The position numbers and the translations under genes are program-made. This document shows, one piece after another, positions 18,992-29,623 of a stretch of 64,000 nt of DNA (its first letter is position 1; each line of letters begins with the position of its first letter). Below the pieces are notes generated by a model that was not told the DNA's origin, searched no databases, and worked only from the letters and a program-made list of their open reading frames with translations. This DNA comes from Gemmatimonadaceae bacterium (GTDB lineage: Bacteria > Gemmatimonadota > Gemmatimonadetes > Gemmatimonadales > Gemmatimonadaceae), in assembly GCA_045803545.1 (NCBI GenBank), contig JBJMOW010000005.1, positions 640,001 through 704,000 of the forward strand, read 5' to 3'.

Positions 18992-20788
18992 TTGAAGCTC
19001 GATCACATTCGCAACTTCTGTATTGTCGCACACATCGACCACGGCAAATCGACGCTTGCCGATCGATTGATCGAGGCGACGGGCATGCTTCAGAAGCGCG
19101 AAATGAAGGCGCAGGTGCTCGACACGCTCGATCTGGAGCGAGAGCGAGGCATCACGATCAAGCTCAATGCGGTGCGCATGAGCTATACGGCGGAGAACGG
19201 GCAGGAGTACGAGCTCAACCTGATCGACACGCCGGGCCACGTCGACTTCACATATGAAGTTTCCCGGTCGCTGGCGGCTTGCGAAGGCGCCATACTCGTC
19301 GTGGATGCCTCGCAGGGCATCGAGGCCCAGACCCTGTCCAATCTCTTTCTCGCGATGGACGCTGGGCTCGAGATCATCCCGATTCTAAACAAGATCGATC
19401 TTCCCGGAGCAGAACCAGAGCGACGCCGCAAGGAAGTCGCCGATCTGCTCGGCATCGAAGAGGACGCGATTCTCCTCGTCAGCGCGAAGGAAGGAATCGG
19501 GGTCGACGAGCTGCTGGAAGAAGTGGTGCGCAAAGTTCCGCCACCCGAAGGGGACGAAAACGCCCCTCTGCGCGCGCTGATTTACGACTCGTACTACGAC
19601 AAGTATCGCGGCGCGATCCCCAGCGTGCGTGTCGTCGATGGCGTGATCAAGAAGGGAACGCACATAACCTTCGGCGCCAGCGAGTCGGTCTACGAAGTAG
19701 ACGAAGTTGGTTATAACCAGCTGCGTCAGGTCGCAACTGATCAACTGGGACCGGGAGAAGTTGGGTACGTAGTCGCCAGCGTACGGTCCGTCAGCGAAAC
19801 TCGCGCAGGTGACACCATCTTCGACGCCGAAAACCGCGCGAGTGAGGCGCTGCCAGGATATCGGGCGGTGCGCAGCTTCGTGTTCGCCGGACTCTACCCC
19901 ACCGACACCACGCAGTACGAAACGCTGCGCGACGCACTGGAAAAGCTGAAGCTCAACGACGCTTCGTTGAACTACGAGCCTGAGACGTCGACTGCTCTCG
20001 GATTCGGATTCCGCGCTGGGTTCCTCGGTCTCCTTCATATGGAAATCGTGCAGGAGCGACTGAGCCGGGAGTTCGATCTCGATCTCGTGACCACGGTGCC
20101 GTCAGTCGAGTACAAAGTCTATCTGACTGACGGGACGATGAACCTGATCGAGAACCCGTCGCTGATGCCGAACGCGCAGATCGTCGAGTACGTCGAAGAA
20201 CCGTACGTCAAGGCGCGCATCATGGTGCCCTCGGAATACATCGGTCCGATCATGACGCTCGGCACTGAGCGACGCGGCGTCTACAAGAACATGACCTATC
20301 TCGACACCCAGCGCGTTGAGCTCGATTGGGAATTTCCACTCGCCGAAATCATTCTCGATTTCTTCGACAAGCTGAAGACAGTTAGTCGCGGCTACGCATC
20401 CCTCGACTACGAGATGCTGGAGTATCGCCGGAGCGATCTGGTGAAGTTGGATATGTTGATCAATGGCGATTCGGTGGACGCGTTCAGCGTCATCATTCAC
20501 CGCGACAAGGCATACGAGTGGGGACGCAAGATCGCCGACAAGCTGAAAGATCTGATCCCGCGTCAGTTGTTCGAAGTCGCGATTCAGGCGGCGATCGGAA
20601 CGAAGGTCATCGCGCGCACAACGGTGAAGCCGCTGCGAAAGGACGTCCTCGCCAAGTGCTACGGCGGCGATATCACGCGTAAGCGCAAGCTGCTCGAGAA
20701 GCAGAAAGAAGGCAAAAAAAGAATGAAGCAGGTCGGGTCGGTTGAAATCCCACAGGAAGCCTTCCTTGCGGTGCTGCAGGTCGACTGA
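18992..20788 (+). CDS. lepA: Elongation factor 4
   Basis: TTG start; [55 protein letters not shown]. Confidence 0.97.
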   Translation: MKLDHIRNFCIVAHIDHGKSTLADRLIEATGMLQKREMKAQVLDTLDLERERGITIKLNAVRMSYTAENGQEYELNLIDTPGHVDFTYEVSRSLAACEGAILVVDASQGIEAQTLSNLFLAMDAGLEIIPILNKIDLPGAEPERRRKEVADLLGIEEDAILLVSAKEGIGVDELLEEVVRKVPPPEGDENAPLRALIYDSYYDKYRGAIPSVRVVDGVIKKGTHITFGASESVYEVDEVGYNQLRQVATDQLGPGEVGYVVASVRSVSETRAGDTIFDAENRASEALPGYRAVRSFVFAGLYPTDTTQYETLRDALEKLKLNDASLNYEPETSTALGFGFRAGFLGLLHMEIVQERLSREFDLDLVTTVPSVEYKVYLTDGTMNLIENPSLMPNAQIVEYVEEPYVKARIMVPSEYIGPIMTLGTERRGVYKNMTYLDTQRVELDWEFPLAEIILDFFDKLKTVSRGYASLDYEMLEYRRSDLVKLDMLINGDSVDAFSVIIHRDKAYEWGRKIADKLKDLIPRQLFEVAIQAAIGTKVIARTTVKPLRKDVLAKCYGGDITRKRKLLEKQKEGKKRMKQVGSVEIPQEAFLAVLQVD

Positions 20789-21817
20789 GTGAGCGTCTCG
20801 CTGGTCATCCAGACGAGCTTCCTCGGCGACGTCATCCTGACGACGCCGCTGATCGCGGAGCTCGCGAGGAGAGGACCGGTGGATGTTCTGGCAACGCCGC
20901 AGGGTGCCAGTGCGCTCGCCAACAATCCGGACATTCGCAGGATCATCCGATACGACAAGCGTGGTACCTACGGCTCCGCCCTGGGAACGTGGCAGACGAT
21001 CAAGGCAGTCCGCTCGCAGCGTCCGTACGATGCTGCGTATCTGGCCCAGGGATCGTTTCGCAGCGGACTGCTGGCGATGCTGACCGGCGCGAAGGAGCGA
21101 ATCGGGTTTGCGAGCTCCACCGGCCGGGTTCTTTACACCAAGCAAATCCCTTATCGCCCTGATCACCATCACGCCCAACGCCTATGGTCGCTCGCGATGT
21201 CGGAGTGCGCTGACCCGCCATTGCCCGATCAGATCCGTCCTCGGCTCTACCCTTCAGATTCGGACCGCGCCGAGGTCGACCAACTGCTCCGCAAAAACGG
21301 GGACTCGTTGCGGCCCATCGTCGCCGTCGCGCCCGGCAGCGCGTGGGGGACCAAACGGTGGCCCTACTACGTCGACCTCGCGAAGAGGCTTGCGGACGAG
21401 TTTAGAATTGCCATCATCGGTTCCACCGCTGACTCGGCCATCGCGAGCGAGATCGCGAGTGGCCTGTCGGCGGAAGGAGCAATCGACGGTGCGGGAACGC
21501 TTTCGCTGCTTGCCTCCGCCGAGCTGATCGGACGGGCGCAGGCAATCGTGACAAACGATTCGGCGCCGCAACATCTGGCGTCGGCGATGGGAACGCCAAC
21601 TCTCTCGATTTTCGGCCCGACGGTTCCCGAATTCGGGTTTGGTCCGCTCGCTGAGCGTCACCTAGTCGTGGGTCACCAAGGATTGTCTTGTCGGCCGTGT
21701 CACCGCCATGGACCACAGCGTTGTCCGCTCGGTCATTGGCGCTGCATGCGCGAATTGTCGACAGAATACATCTCCAGTTTGCTACCGCAGGTTCTTCATC
21801 CACCGGTCCCGGTATGA
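20789..21817 (+). CDS. waaF: Glycosyltransferase family 9 (LPS heptosyltransferase II-like)
   Basis: VIQTSFLGDVILTTPL, APGSAWGTKRWP, NDSAPQHLA, IFGPT, CRPC...CP..H..CM. Confidence 0.85.
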   Translation: MSVSLVIQTSFLGDVILTTPLIAELARRGPVDVLATPQGASALANNPDIRRIIRYDKRGTYGSALGTWQTIKAVRSQRPYDAAYLAQGSFRSGLLAMLTGAKERIGFASSTGRVLYTKQIPYRPDHHHAQRLWSLAMSECADPPLPDQIRPRLYPSDSDRAEVDQLLRKNGDSLRPIVAVAPGSAWGTKRWPYYVDLAKRLADEFRIAIIGSTADSAIASEIASGLSAEGAIDGAGTLSLLASAELIGRAQAIVTNDSAPQHLASAMGTPTLSIFGPTVPEFGFGPLAERHLVVGHQGLSCRPCHRHGPQRCPLGHWRCMRELSTEYISSLLPQVLHPPVPV

Positions 21818-22812
21818 ACGCGAAAGAGAAATTCATCATCGGTGTTGATCTTGGCGGCACCAACATCGTGGCCGGTGCGATGCCAGTTGATGGCAGCCGC
21901 GAGATCGCGATGCATACGATCCCCACACTTGCCGAGGGTGGCGCTCACTCGGTGACTGATCGCATCGCAGGCCTGATCGAGCAGGTCATCCAAGACACGA
22001 TGGCCGAGACCAAAGCGAAGCGCACCGATTTTGTCGGCGTCGGGATCGGCTCACCCGGGCCGCTGAATCGCGACAAAGGCATCGTGATCGTGACGCCGAA
22101 TCTGGGTTGGAAGAATTATCCGCTTCGCGACGAGATCTCCAGTCGGGTGAAAATGGATGCGACCCTCGACAACGACGCCAACTGCGCCACGCTCGGCGAG
22201 TTCTGGTGCGGCGCCGCGCGTGGCGGGCGCAACGTGATTGGCATCACGCTTGGCACCGGCATCGGCGGCGGACTGATTCTCGAAGGCCAGCTCTATCACG
22301 GTTCGTCGGATGTGGCCGGCGAGATCGGCCATACGTCGATCGATTCTACCGGCCGGCGCTGCAAGTGCGGCAACTATGGTTGCATCGAGGCCTACGCTTC
22401 CGGACCCGCGATCGCAGAGCGAGCGAGAGAGGCGCTACGCGGTGACGAAGGTGAGTCGATCCTTGTGAGCCTGGCCGACGGAGATCAGCGAAAGATCACC
22501 GCGGCAATCGTCTACGAGGCGTCGAAGCGCGGCGATGCGACGGCGAGAGAAGTTGTACGCGAAACGGCGCGCTTCCTTGGGACCACCGTCGCAAATCTGC
22601 TCAACATCTTCAACCCCGACATTGTCGTTCTGGCTGGTGGAGTTACACAGGCAGGCGACGCGCTTTTTCAGCCACTGCGCGCAGAAGTCCGACGTCGCGC
22701 ATTCAAGCCTGCGTGGCAGGTTTGCAAGATCGTCCCGGGTCAGCTGCAGCTTTCCGCCGGCGTCGTCGGCGCGATCGCGACATTCAAGCAACAGAAGTTG
22801 GGTGGGCTTTAG
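21814..22812 (+). CDS. ROK family sugar kinase (glucokinase-like)
   Basis: GVDLGGT, DNDANCA, GTGIGGG, GEIGH, CKCGNYGCIE; no N-terminal HTH. Confidence 0.92.
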   Translation: MNAKEKFIIGVDLGGTNIVAGAMPVDGSREIAMHTIPTLAEGGAHSVTDRIAGLIEQVIQDTMAETKAKRTDFVGVGIGSPGPLNRDKGIVIVTPNLGWKNYPLRDEISSRVKMDATLDNDANCATLGEFWCGAARGGRNVIGITLGTGIGGGLILEGQLYHGSSDVAGEIGHTSIDSTGRRCKCGNYGCIEAYASGPAIAERAREALRGDEGESILVSLADGDQRKITAAIVYEASKRGDATAREVVRETARFLGTTVANLLNIFNPDIVVLAGGVTQAGDALFQPLRAEVRRRAFKPAWQVCKIVPGQLQLSAGVVGAIATFKQQKLGGL

Positions 22813-22840
22813 GACTGCGTGCTGCGAGCCCAACGGATTG

Positions 22841-22928
22841 GTCCGAGTTGCGAGCTAAGTCCGAGTTGCGAGCTAAGTCCGAGTTGCGAGCTAAGTCCGA
22901 GTTGCGAACCTACTGCGAGTTGAGAGCT
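22841..22928. repeat. 18-bp tandem repeat: 3 perfect and 2 degenerate units
   Basis: gtccgagttgcgagctaa x3 (22841-22894), then gtccgagttgcgaaccta and ctgcgagttgagagct. Confidence 0.9.
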
Positions 22929-22945
22929 CGGGCCTTGGCTTTTCG

Positions 22946-23920
22946 ATGACACCCAAAAAACGTGTCGGTGTTATCGGGAGTTTCGTCTGGGATGTCATCC
23001 ATGGGCGCGATCCGCGTGACGTGCCCGTTGAAGAGTGGGGTGGCATCACCTACGGCTTGAGCGCATTTGAGGCCGCACTTCCGACTGATTGGGAGTTCGT
23101 TCCTGTCTTGAAAGTCGGGAGCGATCTCGCGCAGTCGGCGCGAGACTTTGTCGCGAGGCTGGAGCGCGTGGCACCGGGGATGGGGCCAATAGAAGTTCCC
23201 TACCCTAACAACAAAGTCACTCTTTATTACCAGAGTGACGAGCGCAGGTGCGAGATGCTGACCGGCGGAGTACCCAAGTGGCACTGGCTCGGGCTCAAAC
23301 CGCTTCTAGTCGGACTCGACGCGCTCTACATCAATTTGATCAGTGGCTTCGAGCTGGATCTCGAGGTCGCTCAGCTGATACGCCAGAACTTCAGCGGGCC
23401 AATCTACTGCGATCTGCACTCGCTGTTGCTGGCAATCCAGACCAACGGGATGCGAACGCTGCAGCCGTTGCCGAACGCCGCAGCGTGGATGCGCTGCTTC
23501 GACTTCGTCCAGGTCAACGAAGACGAAATGAGCATGATGGCACCTGATCCAATGGGCCTCGCGGCGATTGCGTTCGCCAACGGAGTGAAGACACTGGCGA
23601 TCACGCTTGGAAGCCGGGGAGTCGTCTATTTTGCGGCGCCGGGATTCGAGACGATCCGTGACCTCCGTCGCGATACTCTCAGTGATCCTTCCGGCGCGAT
23701 CCGCACGGCTCGGGTTCCGGCAAAGCCAACTCGTCACGGACCCGGAGATCCGACGGGATGTGGTGATGTTTGGGGCGCTACGTATTTCTCTCGACTGCTC
23801 GCCGGTGATAAGTTAGACGCGGCAATCGACCGAGCGCTCGAAGCGGCGGCTCGTAATGTCGATCATCGGGGCGCGACCGGCCTCGCCGATTACCTCCGCG
23901 GAGAGCTCAGCACAAAGTGA
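22946..23920 (+). CDS. PfkB/ribokinase-like carbohydrate kinase
   Basis: QVNEDEM, ITLGSRG, DPTGCGDVWGA. Confidence 0.85.
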   Translation: MTPKKRVGVIGSFVWDVIHGRDPRDVPVEEWGGITYGLSAFEAALPTDWEFVPVLKVGSDLAQSARDFVARLERVAPGMGPIEVPYPNNKVTLYYQSDERRCEMLTGGVPKWHWLGLKPLLVGLDALYINLISGFELDLEVAQLIRQNFSGPIYCDLHSLLLAIQTNGMRTLQPLPNAAAWMRCFDFVQVNEDEMSMMAPDPMGLAAIAFANGVKTLAITLGSRGVVYFAAPGFETIRDLRRDTLSDPSGAIRTARVPAKPTRHGPGDPTGCGDVWGATYFSRLLAGDKLDAAIDRALEAAARNVDHRGATGLADYLRGELSTK

Positions 23921-24804
23921 CGACCGTCATCAACGTTCCGCACTCGCTCGAAGACAAGTCATTCGAACAAGTGGTGGAGCAGGTCGCGCCATTGCCTGTC
24001 GACGAGAAAATCATCGTCGACGCAAGGCACGCGCGCTGGGCATCGCCTTACGGGTTGACTGCCCTGCTGGCCCTCGCGCAATCCAGGGCTGAGCGTCCCA
24101 TTCTGTATGTGCCTGAGGCTGAGAACGTCAGCGGTTACTGGTCGCGCATGGATTTCTTCAAGCACGCCGCTGAGCTATACGAAATTCAGGGTCGCGTCAA
24201 GTCTGCCAAGGCAGCCGAGACTAGCGTACTTCTTGAAGTCACTTCGATCTCGAAAAGTGACGACGTTCACGAAGTCGTGGACAAGATCCAGCAGCGGGCG
24301 CAGGAAGCATTAGTAAAAAACCTGAACCTCGACGCAAAGATCACCATGCGATTCACGATGGCGTTGTCGGAAGTCTGCCAGAATATCGTCGAGCACGCGG
24401 GACGCGGTGGCTGGGTCGCAGTTCAGACCTACACCTGGCGCGTGCGGCTCGGCGGACGGCGCGTCGTCGTCATCGCGGTCGCGGACCCGGGAATCGGATT
24501 CCGCCATTCACTCGAGTCGGCGCCGGGATTTCAAAGAAAGGACCGCTGGGACGATGGCCAGGCGCTCGAAGAGACCGTCATGCGCGGCGCTTCCCGGTTC
24601 AGGGATCCCGGCCGCGGTCAAGGCCTTGCCGGAGTGAGGCGCTTTGTCGGAAACTGGGACGGCAAACTTTCGATCAGAAGCGGAACTGCCCGCATCGCGG
24701 TTCTCCCCAAGGGAGACTGGGACGAGGACGAGCCGCTTTTGGAGAATCTTCCCTTCTTCCCAGGCTCACAGGTGCAGATCACGATTCCGGAGCGAGTGGC
24801 TTGA
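23917..24804 (+). CDS. STAS-like + HATPase_c (anti-sigma-factor kinase-like) protein
   Basis: ALSEVCQNIVEHA (N box), VADPGIG (G1), RGQGL (G2); the N-terminal IIVDARHARWASPYGL is STAS-like. Confidence 0.75.
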   Translation: MTTVINVPHSLEDKSFEQVVEQVAPLPVDEKIIVDARHARWASPYGLTALLALAQSRAERPILYVPEAENVSGYWSRMDFFKHAAELYEIQGRVKSAKAAETSVLLEVTSISKSDDVHEVVDKIQQRAQEALVKNLNLDAKITMRFTMALSEVCQNIVEHAGRGGWVAVQTYTWRVRLGGRRVVVIAVADPGIGFRHSLESAPGFQRKDRWDDGQALEETVMRGASRFRDPGRGQGLAGVRRFVGNWDGKLSIRSGTARIAVLPKGDWDEDEPLLENLPFFPGSQVQITIPERVA

Positions 24805-25388
24805 TCAATCACATCGACGTGAGCTCGATGCTGCGCAAGAGCGTGTGCGAGCTCTATTCGAATCTGGTTACGCGGCCAACTGGTGCCGCGGTTCGCTCCG
24901 AGATCGAGCATGAGCTCGATCGGATCGGCGACAGAGCGCTGACGGTAATCGACTTCTCTCACGTTGGACTGCTCGATTTTTCCTGCGCCGACGAGATCGT
25001 CGCCAAGCTTCTTCTTCAGTACATCAGCACCGATGCGCCGCGACGCGAGGTCTATTTCCTGTTCCGCGGCATCAGCGAAGCGCACATGGAGGCGATCGAG
25101 ACGGTGCTGGAGCGACACAAGCTGGCGCTGGTGACGCAGCACGCCGACGGCGAGACCACTGTCCTGGGCATTCTTGGACTCGAAGAGCGTCGGGCCTGGA
25201 AGATTATCTCGGAGCTCGGCGCTGGCGCGGTGGCGGATGTGGCCGAGCGTACGGGGCTTTCGCGCGACGACACCGAGCGAACACTGGATACTCTTTGGCG
25301 TCGTCGACTGCTGATCCGGGCGGACGACGGTTATGTGGCGGTGGGGAGCGCGACAATTGGCGTCGCACCTCGTAGCTTAGAGGCATGA
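24801..25388 (+). CDS. STAS-like (DUF4325-like) domain + C-terminal winged HTH
   Basis: LVTRPTGAAVR, VIDFSHVGLLDFSCADEIVAKL; AVADVAERTGLSRDDTERTLDTLWRRRLL. Confidence 0.65.
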   Translation: MINHIDVSSMLRKSVCELYSNLVTRPTGAAVRSEIEHELDRIGDRALTVIDFSHVGLLDFSCADEIVAKLLLQYISTDAPRREVYFLFRGISEAHMEAIETVLERHKLALVTQHADGETTVLGILGLEERRAWKIISELGAGAVADVAERTGLSRDDTERTLDTLWRRRLLIRADDGYVAVGSATIGVAPRSLEA

Positions 25389-25690
25389 TCGAACAGTTTC
25401 GGCCCTGGCTACTGGTTACCGATTACATCGCAACGAGGTCTGGCGATCCTGACCGAGGACCCATGGTCAGGCTGCATCCGACCGAAGCGCGCAAGCGGTT
25501 GCTGGAGGACGGTGAACTCGTCTGGGTCTATGGACCGCGGCATCACGAGCTGGCCGTGCTCGTAGTCGATGACACGGTGAGTCCCGGCAACGTCATCGCG
25601 CGCGACATTCTCGGTGTCGCACCCGCCGAAAAGGTGCGCGTCGTCAAGCACGACTTCGACGCCGGACGAAGCACGCGCAACCTCGGATAG
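25385..25690 (+). CDS. Stand-alone molybdopterin-dinucleotide-binding-like (double-psi barrel) protein
   Basis: VRLHPTEARKRLLEDGELVWVYGPR...LVVDDTVSPGNV. Confidence 0.65.
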   Translation: MIEQFRPWLLVTDYIATRSGDPDRGPMVRLHPTEARKRLLEDGELVWVYGPRHHELAVLVVDDTVSPGNVIARDILGVAPAEKVRVVKHDFDAGRSTRNLG

Positions 25691-25699
25691 GAGATCTCA

Positions 25700-26860
25700 T
25701 TGGCTGAAGGGACACGCAAACTGGGATTGTCGACGACCGCCGTGCACGGCGGCACTCCAAGGCCAACTCCCGGTACCGGCGTCACCTCTCCGCTCGTACA
25801 ATCCGTGAACTTCGCTCAGGACACCGGAACGAGCGAAGGACTGATGTACACGCGTTACGGGAATACTCCGAACGCAGAGATCGTACAACGACGCCTTGCA
25901 GAGCTCGAAGGCTCGGAAGCCGCACTGGTTCTGTCGAGCGGAATGGGCGCTACTGCATGTGCGATGCTCGCTCTTTTGCGCGGCGGCGACCATCTGGTGA
26001 CCAGCTCGTGGATTTATGGTGGAACGCGCACGCTGTTCACCGAGGATCTCCCGGGCATGGGCATCGAGGTGACATTCGTCAACCCGCTCGAGCCGCGCGC
26101 ATGGCGTAAGGCACTGAGGAAGACAACGCGCGTGATTTTCCTCGAGTCGCCGGTCAACCCGACCTGCCGCGTCATCGAGCTCAATTCGCTGCAAAGCCTC
26201 GCTCATTCAGAGGGTATTGCACTCGTTGTCGATTCGACATTCGCCAGCCCGATCAACTTCCGCCCGATCGAGCATGGCGCGGACGTGGTAATTCATTCAG
26301 CGACAAAGTTTCTCAACGGCCATCACGATCTTCTCGCCGGCGTCGTCTGCGGCAACGAGCCGTTGATCGACGAAGTGCGTCGCAAGATGATGGTCTGGGG
26401 TCAGGCGCCCGATCCATTTGGGTGCTGGCTGCTGGAGCGCGGACTGAAGACGCTCGAAGTACGCGTGAAGCGGCAGAACGAGAACGCGATGCGCATCGCC
26501 GATTGGTGCACGAAACGTCCCGAGTTCTCGAAGGTGCACTACCCTGGCCTGCCGACGCATCCCGATCACGAGATTGCGAAGACACTGCTGGACGGTTTTG
26601 GCGGAATGATGGCGTTGGAGCTCAAAGGCGGCGGTCCAGCGGCGGTGCGCTTCATCAACGGTCTCAAGATCTTCGCCCATGCGGCCAGTCTTGGAGGCTG
26701 CGACTCGTTGATCATCGAGCCGCGCTACAGCTCGCACGAACATCTCTCGGCGGAAGAGCGCGCTCGCATCGGTATCCCTGATGGATTCCTCAGAGTGAGC
26801 ATCGGCGTTGAAGACGCCGACGATCTGATCGCGGATATCGAGCAGGCGCTGCAGCAGTAA
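25700..26860 (+). CDS. PLP-dependent trans-sulfuration enzyme (cystathionine/methionine gamma-lyase family)
   Basis: YTRYGNTP, SSGMGA, ESPVNP, VDSTFASP, HSATKFLNGHHD, SLGG, LRVSIGVED. Confidence 0.92.
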   Translation: MAEGTRKLGLSTTAVHGGTPRPTPGTGVTSPLVQSVNFAQDTGTSEGLMYTRYGNTPNAEIVQRRLAELEGSEAALVLSSGMGATACAMLALLRGGDHLVTSSWIYGGTRTLFTEDLPGMGIEVTFVNPLEPRAWRKALRKTTRVIFLESPVNPTCRVIELNSLQSLAHSEGIALVVDSTFASPINFRPIEHGADVVIHSATKFLNGHHDLLAGVVCGNEPLIDEVRRKMMVWGQAPDPFGCWLLERGLKTLEVRVKRQNENAMRIADWCTKRPEFSKVHYPGLPTHPDHEIAKTLLDGFGGMMALELKGGGPAAVRFINGLKIFAHAASLGGCDSLIIEPRYSSHEHLSAEERARIGIPDGFLRVSIGVEDADDLIADIEQALQQ

Positions 26861-27603
26861 TGATTCGCCTTACCGAAGTAGGAAAGGAATACCCGCGCTC
26901 GGGCGTAGCGCTCGCACACGTCAACTTCCAGGTGAGGAAGGGCGAGTTCGTTTTTCTCACCGGACCAAGTGGCTCGGGCAAGACGACCATCCTCAAGCTG
27001 CTGTACATGGATGATCGCCCGACGAACGGTGAAGTGTGGATCAACGGCGTCAGCTCCAAAACGGCTGCCCGCTCCGAGATCACGCGGCTCCGCCGGCGTA
27101 TCGGAATCGTGTTTCAGGATTTTCGACTGCTCGAAGACCGCAGCGCCGAGGCCAACGTCCGGTTTGCGCTGGAGGTGACGGGCTCGCCCAAGGCGACGAT
27201 TCGCTCCAAGGTGACGCGCGTGCTGACACAGGTCGGTCTGTCATCGAAAGCAACGAGTTTCCCGCGCGAGATGTCGGGCGGTGAGCAGCAGCGGGTCGCA
27301 ATCGCACGCGCGCTGGTTAACGATCCATTCGTGCTGATCGCAGACGAACCGACCGGAAATCTGGACGAGCGTGCGACCCGCGGTGTATTCCAGTTGCTGC
27401 GGGACATCAACGCGTCGGGCACCGCCGTGATCATGGCAACTCACGATCTCGACCTGGTACGTCGATCGAACTACCGCACGATCGAGCTGAATCACGGGCG
27501 CCTGGTGTTCGATTCGGCTGAGACGCCCGGCACCCCGCCGCCGCCGTTCGACGAGGAAGCTCCGGCTCCGGAGACGCCAACCAGCTCGGCGGACGCGATC
27601 TAA
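26860..27603 (+). CDS. ftsE: Cell division ATP-binding protein
   Basis: GPSGSGKTT, VFQDFRLL, MSGGEQQRVAIARA, ADEPTGNLD; upstream of ftsX. Confidence 0.93.
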   Translation: MIRLTEVGKEYPRSGVALAHVNFQVRKGEFVFLTGPSGSGKTTILKLLYMDDRPTNGEVWINGVSSKTAARSEITRLRRRIGIVFQDFRLLEDRSAEANVRFALEVTGSPKATIRSKVTRVLTQVGLSSKATSFPREMSGGEQQRVAIARALVNDPFVLIADEPTGNLDERATRGVFQLLRDINASGTAVIMATHDLDLVRRSNYRTIELNHGRLVFDSAETPGTPPPPFDEEAPAPETPTSSADAI

Positions 27604-28448
27604 TGAGGTCGGCAAGAGAAGCGCTGACGGCATCGCGTCGGGCGCCCTTATTGAGCGCGCTCGGCGTGGTGACGATTGCGTTCTCTCTGTTCGCGTTCGG
27701 GTTGTTCGGCCTCGTTGCCATCAACATCCGGCGTGCGCTGGAGCAGGTCGAGGAGCGCGTCGAGGTCCGCGCTTTCCTCAGCGACAGCGCCGACATCGAG
27801 AATGTCGCTGCTGCGATGAAAGACATCGGCGGATTTCCGGAAGTGTTGCGAGTCGACTACCTCTCGAAGGAGGCCGCGCTCGAGCGCGCGCGCAAGGAGA
27901 TGGGCGAGTTCGCCGATGTGTTCGAGGCGGGCGTTCTCCCTGCGTCGATCGAGGTTCATCTGCGTCCCGGGATGCGCAGTCCGACAACGGTCAAGTCAGT
28001 CGCCGAAAAGATCAAGACGTATCATTTCGTCGACGACGTGCGTTACGGTGAAGAATGGGTCGAGAAGCTATATCGTCTGCGTAACATCGCGACTGTGGCG
28101 GGGATAGCACTCGGAGTTGCTTTCGCGGCCGTCGCCATCATCATCATCGGCGCAACCATTCGCATGACGGTGCTCGCGCGCGCGAAGGAGATCTCGATCA
28201 TGAGACTCGTCGGCGCCACCGATATGTTCATTCGCATGCCGTTTCTGATTGACGGGGTCGTGAAGGGCGTATCAGGCGGATTGCTGGCGTTGCTGCTGGT
28301 GTGGATCACCAACCGCGTAATCAATCAATACTTCATCGAGACGATCTTCTTCGATCGCCAGATGATTTTCCTTGGCGTGATCGGCGGCGCCGTGATGGGA
28401 GTCCTCGGTAGCCTCGTCTCGGTGGGGAGGCATCTACGACGCGTTTGA
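27603..28448 (+). CDS. ftsX: Cell division permease
   Basis: Four TM segments; TIRMTVLARAKEISIMRLVGATDMFIRMPF. Confidence 0.92.
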   Translation: MRSAREALTASRRAPLLSALGVVTIAFSLFAFGLFGLVAINIRRALEQVEERVEVRAFLSDSADIENVAAAMKDIGGFPEVLRVDYLSKEAALERARKEMGEFADVFEAGVLPASIEVHLRPGMRSPTTVKSVAEKIKTYHFVDDVRYGEEWVEKLYRLRNIATVAGIALGVAFAAVAIIIIGATIRMTVLARAKEISIMRLVGATDMFIRMPFLIDGVVKGVSGGLLALLLVWITNRVINQYFIETIFFDRQMIFLGVIGGAVMGVLGSLVSVGRHLRRV

Positions 28449-29623
28449 AGTTGGCCGGAGCGTTGATCGCTGTTCTGGTTTCGCTTCCGGCAGTATCGCG
28501 CGCACAAACCGACGCCGAAACGCGCGTCAACGCACAACGCGAAGAGCTGGCGAGAATCCGCGCGGAGCGGGACGAGCTCGAGCAGAAAATGAGCGGACTG
28601 CAGAACACCGCCCATGAGCTGCGCGACGAAGTCAATCTCCTTGATAAACAACACGACGCGACCGCGCGAATGGTGAAGTCGCTCGATCAACAGCTCGTGT
28701 CCATCACTGAGGAAGTGAGCAACACTACCACCGATCTAGCGAACTCAGAGCGGGAAGCGACGATCAAGCGCGAGGTGCTCCAGCGTCGTCTCATCGAGAT
28801 CTACAAACGCGGACCACTCTATTCGGCGGAAGTTCTCTTCTCCGCGCAGTCGGTTGGCCAGCTGGTTGCCCGCTACAAGTACCTTCACCTGCTGGCGCTC
28901 CGTGACCAGGGATTGGTGAAACGTCTCGACGAGCTGCACGAGAAAATCGAGGCGCAACACGGCCAGCTCGTGCGCCTGCAGAGCAGCGTCGCTGAGAACC
29001 GGTCCGAGAAGGAGAAAGAGGCAGCGAGACTAGCCGACCTCGAGCAACAGCAGGCGAGCAATCTCCAGCGGGTTCAGGAAGACACCAAACGCACCAAGGC
29101 GAGGCTCGCAGAGCTCGAGAAGAGTGAATCGCGCCTCAACAATTTCATCGCATCGTTCGAGGCGGAGCGCCGTCGCGCAGGGACGCGCGGGGCAGCAAGC
29201 GCGGGTCCCAGCTCAATTCGCACTACCGACATCGGTCGGCTCGATTGGCCGGTCAGCGGGACCTTCCTCTATCGATTCGGCCGCCAGGTAAATCCGAATA
29301 ACACCACCACTCGGTGGAACGGTGTCGGGATCACGGCGGCCGCGGGCACCTCAGTCAAAGCGGTATCTGCCGGAACTGTGGCGTACGCGGGGCCGATGGG
29401 CACCTACGGCAACACGATCATCGTCGAGCACGGTGGTGGCGATTACTCAGTGTACGGCTCACTCGGGCGCATGGACGTCCGCAAGGGAGCGCGCGTGATC
29501 AAGGGTCAAGCCCTCGGCACGGTCGGCGTCAGTGATCCGGCACTCGGGCCGCACTTGCACTTCGAGATCCGGAAAGGCGGCCCCGCGGTGGATCCGGCGG
29601 AGTGGTTGCGGGCAATCCGCTAG
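28445..29623 (+). CDS. envC: EnvC-like coiled-coil + M23 domain protein
   Basis: Long coiled coil, LDWPVSG, WNGVGI (Zn ligands degenerate), YGNTIIVEHG, LHFEIR. Confidence 0.85.
   Translation: MKLAGALIAVLVSLPAVSRAQTDAETRVNAQREELARIRAERDELEQKMSGLQNTAHELRDEVNLLDKQHDATARMVKSLDQQLVSITEEVSNTTTDLANSEREATIKREVLQRRLIEIYKRGPLYSAEVLFSAQSVGQLVARYKYLHLLALRDQGLVKRLDELHEKIEAQHGQLVRLQSSVAENRSEKEKEAARLADLEQQQASNLQRVQEDTKRTKARLAELEKSESRLNNFIASFEAERRRAGTRGAASAGPSSIRTTDIGRLDWPVSGTFLYRFGRQVNPNNTTTRWNGVGITAAAGTSVKAVSAGTVAYAGPMGTYGNTIIVEHGGGDYSVYGSLGRMDVRKGARVIKGQALGTVGVSDPALGPHLHFEIRKGGPAVDPAEWLRAIR

Noticed and set aside
22841..22928. CRISPR array, or the 78-aa ORF 22713-22949 (SELRAK repeats)
   Set aside because: The units are contiguous with no unique spacers. 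The ORF overlaps the ROK gene and is open only because the unit length is a multiple of 3.
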